A stretch of DNA of 64,000 bases from NCBI GenBank assembly GCA_049615925.1, contig JBMZGM010000005.1:5183-69182 (forward strand), in the 5' to 3' direction. Shown here piece by piece: positions 47,552 to 61,330 of the stretch; position 1 is the stretch's first letter, and each line of letters begins with the position of its first letter. Under the pieces are notes generated by a model. It saw only the letters and a program-made list of their open reading frames with translations. It was not told the origin of the DNA and ran no database searches. A program made the position numbers and the translations under genes. Origin of the DNA: Flavobacteriaceae bacterium. GTDB taxonomy: Bacteria > Bacteroidota > Bacteroidia > Flavobacteriales > Flavobacteriaceae.

Positions 47552-48367
47552 ATGAAAAAAACAGTTCTCTTATCCCTTATTTGTTTGACATTCATTGTCT
47601 TTTCAACCCTCTCTTGTAAACAGAAAACAAAGGTTCCCAAAAAAGAAAAAACCAGCCTTATTCTCGTTCATTCGGCCTGGCTAGGTGGCTGGCAATGGAA
47701 CGAAACCATTCAACACCTGGAGGATGAACGTCTTGCTATTCACGCACCTGATTTACCGGGACATGGAGAAGATAAAACTCCTTCTGTAAATATTAGTATG
47801 GATGATTATGTACAGCAACTTCTCACTATCATTGATAAAACTCCGCATCCAGTGGTTCTCGTAGGCCATAGTTTTAATGGGATTACCATTAGTCGGGTAG
47901 CCGAGCTGCGACCAAAGAAAGTCAAAAAATTAATTTACTTGACAGCTTTTTTAGTACCTGATGGCAGCTCATTTTTTAGCGCTGTAAAAGGCGTTGAAGG
48001 ATCAACAGCCGTAGAAAACTTCTATTTATCTGAAGATCATAACTATGCATTAGTCAAAGCAGATAAAATGCATGAAGCCTTTGCACATGATATTCCATTG
48101 GCCAACTTCAATGCTGCAAAAGCTTTTATTGTACCCGAGCCGGTTGCTCCATTAAACTATATGCTTGAGGTGAGTGAAGAGAACTTTGGGAACATTCCAA
48201 AATATTATATAGAATGTACAGAGGATAAAGCGATTCCCCTGGCTGTACAACGCGCCATGTATCAAGGAAAAGTGAAAAAGCATTACAGCCTTGTGAGTAG
48301 TCACACGCCTAATTTTTCAAAAGCTGATTCCCTAGCCTACTTGATTAAAGAAATTGTCTTACAATAA
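47552..48367 (+). CDS. alpha/beta hydrolase lipoprotein
   Basis: From ATG 47552 (MKKTVLLSLICLTFIVFSTLSC, with lipobox). It has an oxyanion region (ILVHSAWLGGW) and a nucleophile elbow (GHSFNG). Confidence 0.8.
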   Translation: MKKTVLLSLICLTFIVFSTLSCKQKTKVPKKEKTSLILVHSAWLGGWQWNETIQHLEDERLAIHAPDLPGHGEDKTPSVNISMDDYVQQLLTIIDKTPHPVVLVGHSFNGITISRVAELRPKKVKKLIYLTAFLVPDGSSFFSAVKGVEGSTAVENFYLSEDHNYALVKADKMHEAFAHDIPLANFNAAKAFIVPEPVAPLNYMLEVSEENFGNIPKYYIECTEDKAIPLAVQRAMYQGKVKKHYSLVSSHTPNFSKADSLAYLIKEIVLQ

Positions 48368-48395
48368 AAAATCGGCTCCCAAGGGAGCCGATTTC
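48366..48395. terminator. bidirectional rho-independent terminator between convergent genes
   Basis: AAAAA-ATCGGCTCCC-aa-GGGAGCCGAT-TT hairpin between the hydrolase stop (48367) and the hsp20 stop (48420). Confidence 0.7.
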
Positions 48396-48419
48396 CAACA
48401 AAAACAAATAATTAATTCT

Positions 48420-48845
48420 TTATTCTATAGCAATTCTTTTTGTTGGTTGAGGCAAAGCCTCTTTGCGTTTAGGCAAGTGGACGGTTAAAATTCCGTCAAT
48501 GTACTTGGCTTTAATTTTAGTTGTGTCAACGCTCTCGGGTAAACTAAATGAACGTTTAAACGAGTGAAAATTGAACTCCCGACGGGTAAAATGATTATCC
48601 GTAGTTGAGGGGTTCTCTTTTGAAACGGCGCTAATGGAGAGCACATCTTGATCCACATCAATGGTGAAGTCGTTTTTATTCATCCCAGGAACAGCAAGGG
48701 ATAATACAAACTCTTTTTCCTGTTCTTGCACATTAACCGCTGGTAATGAAGTTGCGGGGAATGTACTGGCAGCAGGCCATTGATTAGAAAAAATATCATC
48801 TAAAAATGATGTGATAGGACTTTGTGTAAATCGTACTAAACTCAT
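48420..48845 (-). CDS. Hsp20/alpha-crystallin family small heat-shock protein
   Basis: From ATG 48845 (MSLVRFTQSP..). It has an alpha-crystallin domain (..PAVNVQEQEKEFVLSLAVPGMNKNDFTIDVDQDVLSI.., GILTVHLPK). Confidence 0.9.
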   Translation of the reverse strand: MSLVRFTQSPITSFLDDIFSNQWPAASTFPATSLPAVNVQEQEKEFVLSLAVPGMNKNDFTIDVDQDVLSISAVSKENPSTTDNHFTRREFNFHSFKRSFSLPESVDTTKIKAKYIDGILTVHLPKRKEALPQPTKRIAIE

Positions 48846-48951
48846 AACAAAAATTTTAAAGGTTATATGCCTTTGAAAAGACAAAAGCTATACCAATAAA
48901 ACATTCATGTCATTATGGCGTTTATTTTTGAGGAATTACTGACAATTTGTC

Positions 48952-50145
48952 TTATCCTACTGCTTCTTGTACTTTATCGGCGGCTTCTTGGAAAGCAGTA
49001 GCCGATTGTACATTAAGTCCAGAGTTATCGATAAGCTCTTTTGCGATATCAGCATTAGTCCCTTGCAATCGAACGATGATGGGCACCTTGATGGCGTCTC
49101 CCATGTTCTTATAGGCATCAACGATACCCTGAGCGACACGGTCACAACGTACGATTCCTCCAAAGATATTGACCAAGATAGCCTCTACACCAGGATCTTT
49201 TAAGATAATGCGAAAAGCTGTTTCCACACGAGCAGCATCTGCAGTACCCCCAACATCTAGGAAGTTTGCAGGAGATCCACCCGCCTGTTTGATCAAGTCC
49301 ATAGTGGCCATTGCAAGTCCAGCTCCGTTAACCATACATCCCACGTTACCGTCAAGATCTACATAGTTAAGCCCTACTTCACCAGCTTCTACCTCAATCG
49401 GGTTCTCTTCACGCTTATCGCGTAACTCAGCATAGTCTTTGTGTCGAAAAAGGGCATTGTCGTCTAGCGTAACTTTTGCATCAACAGCAATAATACGATC
49501 ATCTGATGTTTTTAAAACCGGATTAATTTCAAATAATGAAGAATCGGAAGAAACATAGGCCGTATAAAGCGCAGTGATGAATTTCGTCATCTCTTTAAAA
49601 GCTTTACCGCTTAAACCAAGGTTAAAGGCTACTTTACGCGCTTGAAATCCTTGTATGCCTAGGGCTGGATCAATCTCTTCGGTGAAAATCAAGTGGGGAG
49701 TTTCCTCTGCTACTGTTTCAATATCCATTCCTCCTTCGGTAGAATACATGATCATATTTTTCCCTGTAGCACGATTAAGCAATACAGAAACATAAAATTC
49801 ACTTGGCTCAGACTCACCAGGATAATAAACATCCTCTGCAACCAATACTTGATGCACAGGTTTCCCTGCAGGAGGAGTTTGAGGAGTAATCAACTGCATC
49901 CCGATGATTTGATCAGCGATAGATTTCACTTCATCAAGGTTTTTGGCCAATTTAACCCCACCACCTTTACCGCGTCCACCAGCGTGGATTTGGGCTTTGA
50001 TTACGTGCCATCCAGTGCCTGTTGTTTCGGTTAGTGATTGGGCCGCTGCAACTGCTTCATCTGCTGTTTGTGCAACGATACCACGTTGTATTCCTACGCC
50101 AAAACTGGCTAAAATTTCCTTTCCTTGATATTCGTGTAAATTCAT
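48952..50145 (-). CDS. sucC: ADP-forming succinate-CoA ligase subunit beta
   Basis: 397-aa ORF with MNLHEYQGKEIL.., the ATP-grasp motif AQIHAGGRGKGGGVK, and NIFGGIVRCD. Confidence 0.97.
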   Translation of the reverse strand: MNLHEYQGKEILASFGVGIQRGIVAQTADEAVAAAQSLTETTGTGWHVIKAQIHAGGRGKGGGVKLAKNLDEVKSIADQIIGMQLITPQTPPAGKPVHQVLVAEDVYYPGESEPSEFYVSVLLNRATGKNMIMYSTEGGMDIETVAEETPHLIFTEEIDPALGIQGFQARKVAFNLGLSGKAFKEMTKFITALYTAYVSSDSSLFEINPVLKTSDDRIIAVDAKVTLDDNALFRHKDYAELRDKREENPIEVEAGEVGLNYVDLDGNVGCMVNGAGLAMATMDLIKQAGGSPANFLDVGGTADAARVETAFRIILKDPGVEAILVNIFGGIVRCDRVAQGIVDAYKNMGDAIKVPIIVRLQGTNADIAKELIDNSGLNVQSATAFQEAADKVQEAVG

Positions 50146-50313
50146 GCTTGGTTGTTTTCGTTGGGCAAAAATAAAAAAAGAATACCGAGTTACCTATAGG
50201 TTTTAAAAGATAAGAGAAATGTTTTATTTATAACATTTTTTGATATTTTTAAATTAATACTTAGTCGGCTTATTCTATTCGCAGTAAAGTCCTTATTTTT
50301 GAAAAAAAATCGA

Positions 50314-51549
50314 ATGAACGCTTCTGCTTTACTCCACATCGCACAACAAGCCAATGGCCCTGTTTACGTCTATGACGCTGCAAAAATAAAAGGGCAATAC
50401 GAACGACTAACGCATGCATTTAAAGATGTAAATCACTTGCGATTGCATTATGCAACCAAAGCGTTAAACAATATTTCCATTTTAAAGTACATTCAATCCT
50501 TGGGCGCTGGTTTAGACACCGTATCCATTCAAGAAGTACAATTGGGACTTGCAGCAGGGTTCGATCCTTCCACCATTATCTTTACGCCTAATGGCGTATC
50601 CCTAAGCGAAATCGAAGCAGTGGCAAAAATGGGTGTTCAAATCAATATTGACAATCTATCTATTCTAGAGCAGTTTGGCAGTAAGTATCCCGAGGTCCCC
50701 GTTTGCATTCGCATTAATCCGCATGTTATGGCGGGGGGAAACAGTAATATCTCAGTGGGGCATATCGATTCAAAATTTGGAATTTCGATTCATCAAATTC
50801 CTCATCTATTACGCATCACAGAAAACACCAAAATGCGCATCAACGGAATCCACATGCACACGGGAAGTGACATTCTTGACATAGATGTTTTCTTGCACGC
50901 TACTGAAATTCTTTTTGAAACAGCAAAAAACTTTAAAGATTTATCCTTTATCGATTTTGGGTCAGGATTTAAAGTTCCCTACAAAGAAGGGGACATTGAA
51001 ACTAATATTGAGGAATTAGGAGAAAAACTCACTCAAAAATTCAATGCTTTTTGCGAAGACTATGGCCGCGAGCTTACGTTAGCTTTTGAACCGGGAAAAT
51101 TCCTAGTGAGTGAAGCCGGCTATTTCTTGACGAAAGTTAATGTAGTCAAGCAAACTACCTCAACCGTATTTGCGCAAGTGGATAGCGGCTTTAATCATTT
51201 AATTCGTCCCATGCTCTACGGCTCACATCATGAGATTAAAAACATTTCAAACCCCAGTGGTCGTGAACGTTTTTATTCTGTTGTAGGATACATTTGTGAG
51301 ACCGACACCTTTGGGAGTAATCGCAAAATTGCGGAGATTAGTGAAGGAGATATTCTCGCTTTCCACAACGCTGGAGCTTACTGCCAAACCATGGCCAGTA
51401 ATTACAACTCCCGTTTTCGTCCTGCGGAATACCTTTGGATTAATGAAGAGGCTCATTTAATTCGCAAACAAGAAAACTTTGACGATATCCTGCGCAATCA
51501 AATTGAACTTGAAACTGAAGTTATTCAAGGGTTGAGCATTACTGCCTAA
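50314..51549 (+). CDS. lysA: diaminopimelate decarboxylase
   Basis: From ATG 50314 (MNASALL..). It has the PLP-lysine region (HYATKALNN), HMHTGS, and [14 protein letters not shown]. The track start 50299 is TTG. Confidence 0.92.
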   Translation: MNASALLHIAQQANGPVYVYDAAKIKGQYERLTHAFKDVNHLRLHYATKALNNISILKYIQSLGAGLDTVSIQEVQLGLAAGFDPSTIIFTPNGVSLSEIEAVAKMGVQINIDNLSILEQFGSKYPEVPVCIRINPHVMAGGNSNISVGHIDSKFGISIHQIPHLLRITENTKMRINGIHMHTGSDILDIDVFLHATEILFETAKNFKDLSFIDFGSGFKVPYKEGDIETNIEELGEKLTQKFNAFCEDYGRELTLAFEPGKFLVSEAGYFLTKVNVVKQTTSTVFAQVDSGFNHLIRPMLYGSHHEIKNISNPSGRERFYSVVGYICETDTFGSNRKIAEISEGDILAFHNAGAYCQTMASNYNSRFRPAEYLWINEEAHLIRKQENFDDILRNQIELETEVIQGLSITA

Positions 51550-52736
51550 GCGATAACACCAGAACCCAATAGTTCTTGCGCGTGATGCCAAGCGACAAAT
51601 TGCCCTTCTGCAATGGCCGATTGGGGCTTTTCAAATAAAACAAAAAGGCCTTCTTTTTCTCGAAACAGCGTTGCTTTTTCTAAGGGTTGGCGATAACGAA
51701 TTCTCGCCATAACCTCTCTTTGATCGCCTATGGCTAAAGCCAGGTCTTCTCTCACCCAATGAATGTCAGCAGTTTTAACCAGCAAACCTCTTCGATAAAG
51801 ACCGGGGTGCTGTTTTCCTTGGCCTGCATAGATCACATTCTCTTTGACATCGGTATCCAGTACAAATAGCGGTTCTACCGTACCGCCTACACCTAAGCCT
51901 TTACGTTGCCCTTTAGTAAAATAATGTGCCCCGTCATGAGTTCCCACCACCTCGCCATCCTGTGGTAGATAGGCTGTTTTTACGGCGTGATACTGTAGCA
52001 TCGCTAAAGGGGTGTCAAACTCCTTTGGCGTAGCCTTATACGCCTTAAAGTCGTGGGGGATTTCTACGATAGCTCCTTTTTTAGGAGCAAGTTGTTGCTG
52101 TAAAAAATCAGGAAGTCGAACTTTACCAATGAAACATAGGCCTTGAGAGTCCTTTTTATCGGCAGTAATTAAATTTTGTTGGGCAGCAATTTTTCGAACC
52201 TCAGACTTTTGCAAATGACCAATAGGAAAAAGCACCTTGCTCAATTGCGCTTGAGTTAACTGGCACAAAAAATAGGATTGATCTTTGTTTGCATCTGCGC
52301 CAGCGAGTAAATGGTGAATCTCTTTACCATTTACAGCGGTTGTTTTACGTTGGCAGTAATGTCCCGTGGCCACATAATCTGCACCTAAAGAAAGTGCTAT
52401 CTCCAAAAAGACATCAAACTTAATTTCGCGATTACATAAAACATCAGGATTAGGTGTTCTCCCCTTTTTATACTCGTCAAACATATAGTCCACAATACGC
52501 TCTTTGTATTGCTCACTTAAATCGACTGTTTGAAAAGGAATACCCAATTTCTCTGCGACAATCATCGCGTCATTGCTGTCTTCTAACCAGGGACATTCAG
52601 CTGAAATGGTGACACTTTCATCGTGCCAATTCTTCATGAACAGCCCGATAACGTTATACCCCTGCTCCTTTAAAAGGTAGGCAGCAACACTGGAATCAAC
52701 CCCTCCAGAAAGTCCAACAATCACTGTTTTTGCCAT
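51546..52736 (-). CDS. mnmA: tRNA 2-thiouridine(34) synthase
   Basis: 396-aa ORF with a PP-loop ([16 protein letters not shown]) and conserved Cys regions ([14 protein letters not shown]). Confidence 0.95.
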   Translation of the reverse strand: MAKTVIVGLSGGVDSSVAAYLLKEQGYNVIGLFMKNWHDESVTISAECPWLEDSNDAMIVAEKLGIPFQTVDLSEQYKERIVDYMFDEYKKGRTPNPDVLCNREIKFDVFLEIALSLGADYVATGHYCQRKTTAVNGKEIHHLLAGADANKDQSYFLCQLTQAQLSKVLFPIGHLQKSEVRKIAAQQNLITADKKDSQGLCFIGKVRLPDFLQQQLAPKKGAIVEIPHDFKAYKATPKEFDTPLAMLQYHAVKTAYLPQDGEVVGTHDGAHYFTKGQRKGLGVGGTVEPLFVLDTDVKENVIYAGQGKQHPGLYRRGLLVKTADIHWVREDLALAIGDQREVMARIRYRQPLEKATLFREKEGLFVLFEKPQSAIAEGQFVAWHHAQELLGSGVIA

Positions 52737-52772
52737 GGTGCAAAGGTAGAAAATGTTTCTATTGAGTACGGC

Positions 52773-54593
52773 TTATCGCTTTCCTTTTTGATTTGCACGC
52801 TGCTGTTTTTCAGCTTCTTCCATTGCTTTTTGCAAACGCGCAGTAAAGCCTCCTGCCTTTTTTGGCTTCTTTTTATTCTCCTCAATTTGCGCAAAGATTT
52901 TCTCCTCGCTAATGACAAAGTTTTTAATCACCAACATCAAAATGATGGTCAAAACATTTGAAACAAAGTAATAGAGACTTAAACCACTGGCATAGTTGTT
53001 AAAGAAGAATAACATCATCAAGGGCATCAAATACATGATGAACTTCATGTTTGGCATTCCTGGTTGCTGTGGAGCTTGTTGCTGTCCCATGGTCATCATG
53101 GTATAGAAGAAGATGGCTACAGAGGCCAAAATCGGGAACAAACTGATGTGGTCACCATAAAAAGGAATATTAAACGGTAACTCATAAATGGAGTCATAGG
53201 AAGACAAATCATCTGCCCATAAAAAGCTCTTTTGACGCAAGGCAAAAGCCACCGGGAAAAAGCTAAAGAGTGCATAGAATACGGGCAATTGCAATAAGGC
53301 CGGTAAACAACCCGACATAGGATTTGCTCCCGCTTTATTGTACAAGGCCATGGTTTCTTGCTGGCGTTTAACCGCATCGTCTTTGTGCTTTTTGGTAATT
53401 TCATCTACCTCGGGCTTCAACACCTTCATCTTAATTTGTGATACATACGACTTATACGTCACAGGTGACATAACCAAACGAACAATGATGGTCATGATTA
53501 TGATGGCAATACCAAAGGGTAAAAAGGAACTCAAGAAACCAAATAAAGGAATAAAGATAGACTTGTTAATCCAGCCAAAAATCCCCCATCCAAAATTGAT
53601 GCTTTTTTCAATTCCTAAATCGTATTGCGCAAGCGTCTTATATTCTGATGGACCAAAATACCATTGAAACGCATGGGCCAATTCTCCATTGCTTTTTAAA
53701 GCAAAAGATGAACGGTATTGTTTTGTGAATTGCTGGGCTTTGTCTTCTGATTCCACTAAACTTTCTGATGCTAAATCAACAGTCGACAAGCTTGAAGAAG
53801 GAATTAGAATTGAATTAAAAAAGTGTTGCTTATACCCAATCCATTGAACATCTTCTACCTGTTCTTCATCTTCCCCAGCAATGGATAACTCATTGACTTT
53901 TTCACCTTCATAGCCATAGGTTAATTCGGTGTATCGATTTTCATATTCAACACTTCTCGAATTTCGATAAGCTTTTAATGCCCAACTAAACTCTTGTGAT
54001 GCATTTTGATTGATTACTCCTTGCATTCCACTCGAGCGAATGGAAAAATCTACCATGAAGTCGTTTTTTGAAAGAGCATAGCGAAAAGCAATCCATTGGT
54101 TTTCACTTAAAGCTGCTTTTAAGACCAAAACATTACTTCCATTCTCCTCAGAAATTTCAGGGGTAAAATATAGATCAGCCGTGTTTAACGTCCTTCCATC
54201 GAGTGTACTAAAAGTAAAATTGATGCTTTGATTATCGGCAACTAAATTTAATGGGTCACCTAAATAATTAGTATATCCTTTCAAGTAAGCCCGTGTCATT
54301 TGTCCACCTTTAGTAGAAAAATCAAAGGCGAGTACCTCGTTTTCAAGGCTAACTTTTTCAATTTCTCGTTCTTGAACAAGATCAGTAAAAGTGCCATAAT
54401 TGGTTTGTAATTGCAGGCGCTTTATGGAATCGTTCTCCTCTTTTGAAACAACTGGAGCCGCCTCGACGGCTGTTTCTATTTCGGTTGCTGCAACTTCTTC
54501 AACCGGCTCTTGATTCATCAACATCCATGTCATGATCAAGGCAATTAAAATAAATCCTATAAACTGATAGGGATCAAACTTTTTCTCTTCCAT
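52773..54593 (-). CDS. yidC: membrane protein insertase YidC
   Basis: 606-aa ORF with an N-terminal TM helix, a large periplasmic domain, and a conserved C-terminal 60-kDa insertase core (..YNKAGANPMSGCLPALLQLPVF..). Confidence 0.92.
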   Translation of the reverse strand: MEEKKFDPYQFIGFILIALIMTWMLMNQEPVEEVAATEIETAVEAAPVVSKEENDSIKRLQLQTNYGTFTDLVQEREIEKVSLENEVLAFDFSTKGGQMTRAYLKGYTNYLGDPLNLVADNQSINFTFSTLDGRTLNTADLYFTPEISEENGSNVLVLKAALSENQWIAFRYALSKNDFMVDFSIRSSGMQGVINQNASQEFSWALKAYRNSRSVEYENRYTELTYGYEGEKVNELSIAGEDEEQVEDVQWIGYKQHFFNSILIPSSSLSTVDLASESLVESEDKAQQFTKQYRSSFALKSNGELAHAFQWYFGPSEYKTLAQYDLGIEKSINFGWGIFGWINKSIFIPLFGFLSSFLPFGIAIIIMTIIVRLVMSPVTYKSYVSQIKMKVLKPEVDEITKKHKDDAVKRQQETMALYNKAGANPMSGCLPALLQLPVFYALFSFFPVAFALRQKSFLWADDLSSYDSIYELPFNIPFYGDHISLFPILASVAIFFYTMMTMGQQQAPQQPGMPNMKFIMYLMPLMMLFFFNNYASGLSLYYFVSNVLTIILMLVIKNFVISEEKIFAQIEENKKKPKKAGGFTARLQKAMEEAEKQQRANQKGKR

Positions 54594-54600
54594 AGTTGTT

Positions 54601-58019
<3,419 letters not shown>

Positions 58020-58039
58020 ATTTTATGCAATATCAACAA

Positions 58040-59575
58040 TTATTCCCATTCAATGGTTGCAGGAGGTTTTGAACTGATGTCATACACCACTCGATTGACG
58101 CCTTTAACCTTATTGATAATATCATTTGACGTTTTTTGTAAAAACTCATAAGGCAAGTTTACCCAGTCGGCGGTCATTCCATCGGTTGAAGTTACAGCGC
58201 GAAGCGCCACACATTTCTCATAAGTGCGTTCATCACCCATCACCCCAACACTGTTGACCGGTAAAAGAATCGCTCCAGCCTGCCACACTTCGTCATACAA
58301 GCCTGCCTCTTTTAAACCTTGGATATAGATCGCGTCAACTTCTTGTAACATCGCTACTTTTTCGGGGGTAATATCGCCTAGAATTCGAATAGCAAGACCT
58401 GGACCTGGAAAAGGATGTCTCCCCAAAAGTTCTGCTGCAATTCCTAAACTTTTTCCTACCCGACGAACTTCATCCTTAAACAGCATTCGCAATGGCTCTA
58501 CGACTTTAAGCTTCATATAATCGGGTAAACCGCCCACGTTGTGATGCGATTTTATGGTAGCCGAAGGTCCATTCACCGAGATGGATTCGATCACATCGGG
58601 ATAAATGGTACCCTGCGCTAAAAAGGTTGCTCCTTCAATCCTTTTTGACTCATCATCAAAAACGTCAATAAAAGTGTTACCAATTACTTTGCGTTTCTTT
58701 TCTGGATCTGAGACACCTGAAAGTTTATCCAAAAATAGTTTGGAAGCATCCACTCCTTTAACATTAAGTCCCATCCCGTTGTATTGTTCTAGCACACTTG
58801 AAAACTCGTCTTTTCGCAATAAGCCATTATTGACAAAAATACAGCTGAGTTGATCCCCTATAGCTTGATGCAATAGTACAGCTGCAACAGTGGAATCTAC
58901 TCCACCAGAAAGACCCAAAATAACTTTTTCCTCTCCTATTTGCTCTCGTAAATGTTGAACGGTCATAGAGACGAAAGAATCTGGGGTCCAGTCCTGTTTT
59001 ACTCCTGCAATATGCACTAAGAAATTTTCTAGCAGTTGTTTCCCATCGGTAGAATGATACACCTCGGGGTGAAATTGAATGGCATAGGTCGTTTCACCAT
59101 CAATACGATAGGCTGCATTTTCAACATCTGCTGTACTGGCTAGTCGAACTCCATTTGCTGGAAGTTCTTTAATCGTATCACTATGGCTCATCCACACTTG
59201 ACTCCCCACATCTATCCCAGCAAACAATCCTTCTTGTTCATCAATGGAAGAGAGATTAGCACGACCGTATTCTCGCGTCGCCGATGGACTCACTTTTCCT
59301 CCAGAAAAATGTGCCAAATACTGAGCCCCGTAACACACGGCAAGCAAAGGTTTTTTCTGTCGAATCTCATCGAGATTTGGATGCGGTGCATCCTCGGCAC
59401 GAACCGAATAAGGTGAACCCGAGAGAATCACTGCTTTAAATGGTGTGATGTCTTGAGGAGGGTTGTTGTAAGGGTGAATCTCGCAGTAAATAAAAAGCTC
59501 GCGAACACGGCGGGCGATTAATTGAGTGTATTGTGACCCAAAGTCTAGGATCAGTACTTTTTCTTCCATGCCCAA
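58040..59575 (-). CDS. guaA: glutamine-hydrolysing GMP synthase
   Basis: 511-aa ORF with a GATase domain ([20 protein letters not shown]), a PP-loop ([12 protein letters not shown]), and a C-terminus ending ..PPATIEWE. Confidence 0.96.
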   Translation of the reverse strand: MGMEEKVLILDFGSQYTQLIARRVRELFIYCEIHPYNNPPQDITPFKAVILSGSPYSVRAEDAPHPNLDEIRQKKPLLAVCYGAQYLAHFSGGKVSPSATREYGRANLSSIDEQEGLFAGIDVGSQVWMSHSDTIKELPANGVRLASTADVENAAYRIDGETTYAIQFHPEVYHSTDGKQLLENFLVHIAGVKQDWTPDSFVSMTVQHLREQIGEEKVILGLSGGVDSTVAAVLLHQAIGDQLSCIFVNNGLLRKDEFSSVLEQYNGMGLNVKGVDASKLFLDKLSGVSDPEKKRKVIGNTFIDVFDDESKRIEGATFLAQGTIYPDVIESISVNGPSATIKSHHNVGGLPDYMKLKVVEPLRMLFKDEVRRVGKSLGIAAELLGRHPFPGPGLAIRILGDITPEKVAMLQEVDAIYIQGLKEAGLYDEVWQAGAILLPVNSVGVMGDERTYEKCVALRAVTSTDGMTADWVNLPYEFLQKTSNDIINKVKGVNRVVYDISSKPPATIEWE

Positions 59576-59631
59576 AAATACAACTATTCAGCAGGAGAGA
59601 AAAAAGAGCAGGGAAAGATTTTCAACAATTG

Positions 59632-61239
59632 TTAAGGCAATTCAATCCAACAAAATTCCAATTGAAGTGGATCCAACTGTTTCATCAGTAAAGGGAGTAA
59701 TTCTTGACCGTATTCCAGGTAGAAAGAGAAAAAGTTTGCATGGCGTTCCTGCAGGGAATTGTTTGGAAATAGCTGCTCATGTAAAAGCGTTAAGCGTTGT
59801 ACATGGTCTACTAACTTTTTCTTTTGTGCATTGAGGAGACGTTTTTCTAGTGCATCAATGCCGTTGAACTGCTTTTGGCGTTGTGCGTTAACCGTTCCTT
59901 CAAAAGAAGGATCGGTTTGCACAACGATATCATGCAAGTAGTCAAACTGTTCGGCTAAGCGGTCTTTTAAAAATTGAAGATCTAAATCAATATTACTTAT
60001 TTGACGAATTTTTTTATTGATTAAAGCTGTTCTATCAAGAAACATCTCGTCTTTCTCCAGTTGTAAACGTTCAATTTTTCCAGCCGTTTTTTGGGGGACG
60101 AGCACTGCAGAATTTCGCAGTAATAATAGAGGAAAAGGCACTCCTTCCCTTTTGAAAAATTGTTTCAATTGCAACCAATAGGCTAACTCTCCACCTCCAC
60201 CGATATAACACAGATTAGGCAAAAGGGTTTCTTGATAAAGCGGTCGTAACAAAACATTCGGTGAAAAACGCTCGGGGTGTTCTTCGACTTCTTTCCACAA
60301 ACTTTCTTTTGTGAAATCAGTTCCGCTATCGGTAGTAGAATACCCCTGATCTGTTTTCACTATACGCTCACGCAAATCATCTTTCATGTAAAAAAGATTG
60401 ATTTCTCTGGGATTCACCTGGGGGGTATAGTCACTTGAGTACTTTTCTAGTATCGATTGAATCGTTGTTGCTACACTCTCTTTACAGTGGTGATGGGAAA
60501 GATCATTTTTTATTTGTGTTGCAAAAGACTGCTTCAATATTGGATTATCTGCATCGAGTATGACTAAGCCTTCGTCGGCAAAAAAATGATGCACTAATTT
60601 TCGCGTGGCCTCTGCCAGTGTAGCAGAAGTACGATAAGTCGCATGAATTAAGGTTTTTATTTCATGGGCACGACCACTCTCTCCCAAGGATTGCTCAAAA
60701 AGATCCAATAATGGCGTTAATGTTTCCAACGACAAGCGCCCCACAGGCCCATGACTTGTAGTATTCCATTGGATTTTTTTTCCTTGAAAATGAAAGAAGG
60801 AGATTTCCTCAAAATCATGATCCTCAGTAGCCATCCAATACACTGGAACAAAATCATTCTCAGGATAGGCTTCTTTTAACTGTTTGCACAAATTAATGGT
60901 AGAAACAATCTTGTAAAAAAAGTACAATGGACCAGTAAACAAATTGAGTTGGTGTCCCGTCGTTACGGTAAAGGTGCTGTCCTTTTTTAGGTGGGAAAGC
61001 TGGGCTTCTACTGCAGTTGTATTGGGTAAAGATTTGTACTGCTGTTGCACAACCTTGACTAATCTTTTTCGGTGTGCAAGCGAATAATGTTGCCTTTTCT
61101 CTACCATCTGTGCCTTAAATTGATCGAGTTCAACTGGCCGTGAAATAAATTCATCAAGCGCAGGATGAGCGTCAATAAGGTCGCAAATAAGGGAGGAAAA
61201 ATACCCTGTATTTCTAAAGGGAATACGGGTTAACACCAT
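59632..61239 (-). CDS. bshC: bacillithiol biosynthesis cysteine-adding enzyme BshC
   Basis: 535-aa ORF. The N-terminus ..IPFRNTGYFSSLICDLID.. and the central ..NLCYIGGGGELAYWLQLK.. motif are typical of BshC (YllA family). Confidence 0.8.
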   Translation of the reverse strand: MVLTRIPFRNTGYFSSLICDLIDAHPALDEFISRPVELDQFKAQMVEKRQHYSLAHRKRLVKVVQQQYKSLPNTTAVEAQLSHLKKDSTFTVTTGHQLNLFTGPLYFFYKIVSTINLCKQLKEAYPENDFVPVYWMATEDHDFEEISFFHFQGKKIQWNTTSHGPVGRLSLETLTPLLDLFEQSLGESGRAHEIKTLIHATYRTSATLAEATRKLVHHFFADEGLVILDADNPILKQSFATQIKNDLSHHHCKESVATTIQSILEKYSSDYTPQVNPREINLFYMKDDLRERIVKTDQGYSTTDSGTDFTKESLWKEVEEHPERFSPNVLLRPLYQETLLPNLCYIGGGGELAYWLQLKQFFKREGVPFPLLLLRNSAVLVPQKTAGKIERLQLEKDEMFLDRTALINKKIRQISNIDLDLQFLKDRLAEQFDYLHDIVVQTDPSFEGTVNAQRQKQFNGIDALEKRLLNAQKKKLVDHVQRLTLLHEQLFPNNSLQERHANFFSFYLEYGQELLPLLMKQLDPLQLEFCWIELP

Positions 61240-61330
61240 AGCATAATTTTATCCTGTTAAAGATATTCTATCTCATTAGAATAAAAAAAATATCGCAGAA
61301 ATTATATCTTTACCCATAGATATCAAAACA

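Noticed and set aside
50146-50313. Possible lysine riboswitch or other leader RNA in the 168-nt sucC/lysA divergent intergenic region
   Set aside because: The region is very AT-rich. I could not find the conserved G-rich helices of the L-box, so it is more likely just two divergent promoters. A Rfam/Infernal scan would settle this.
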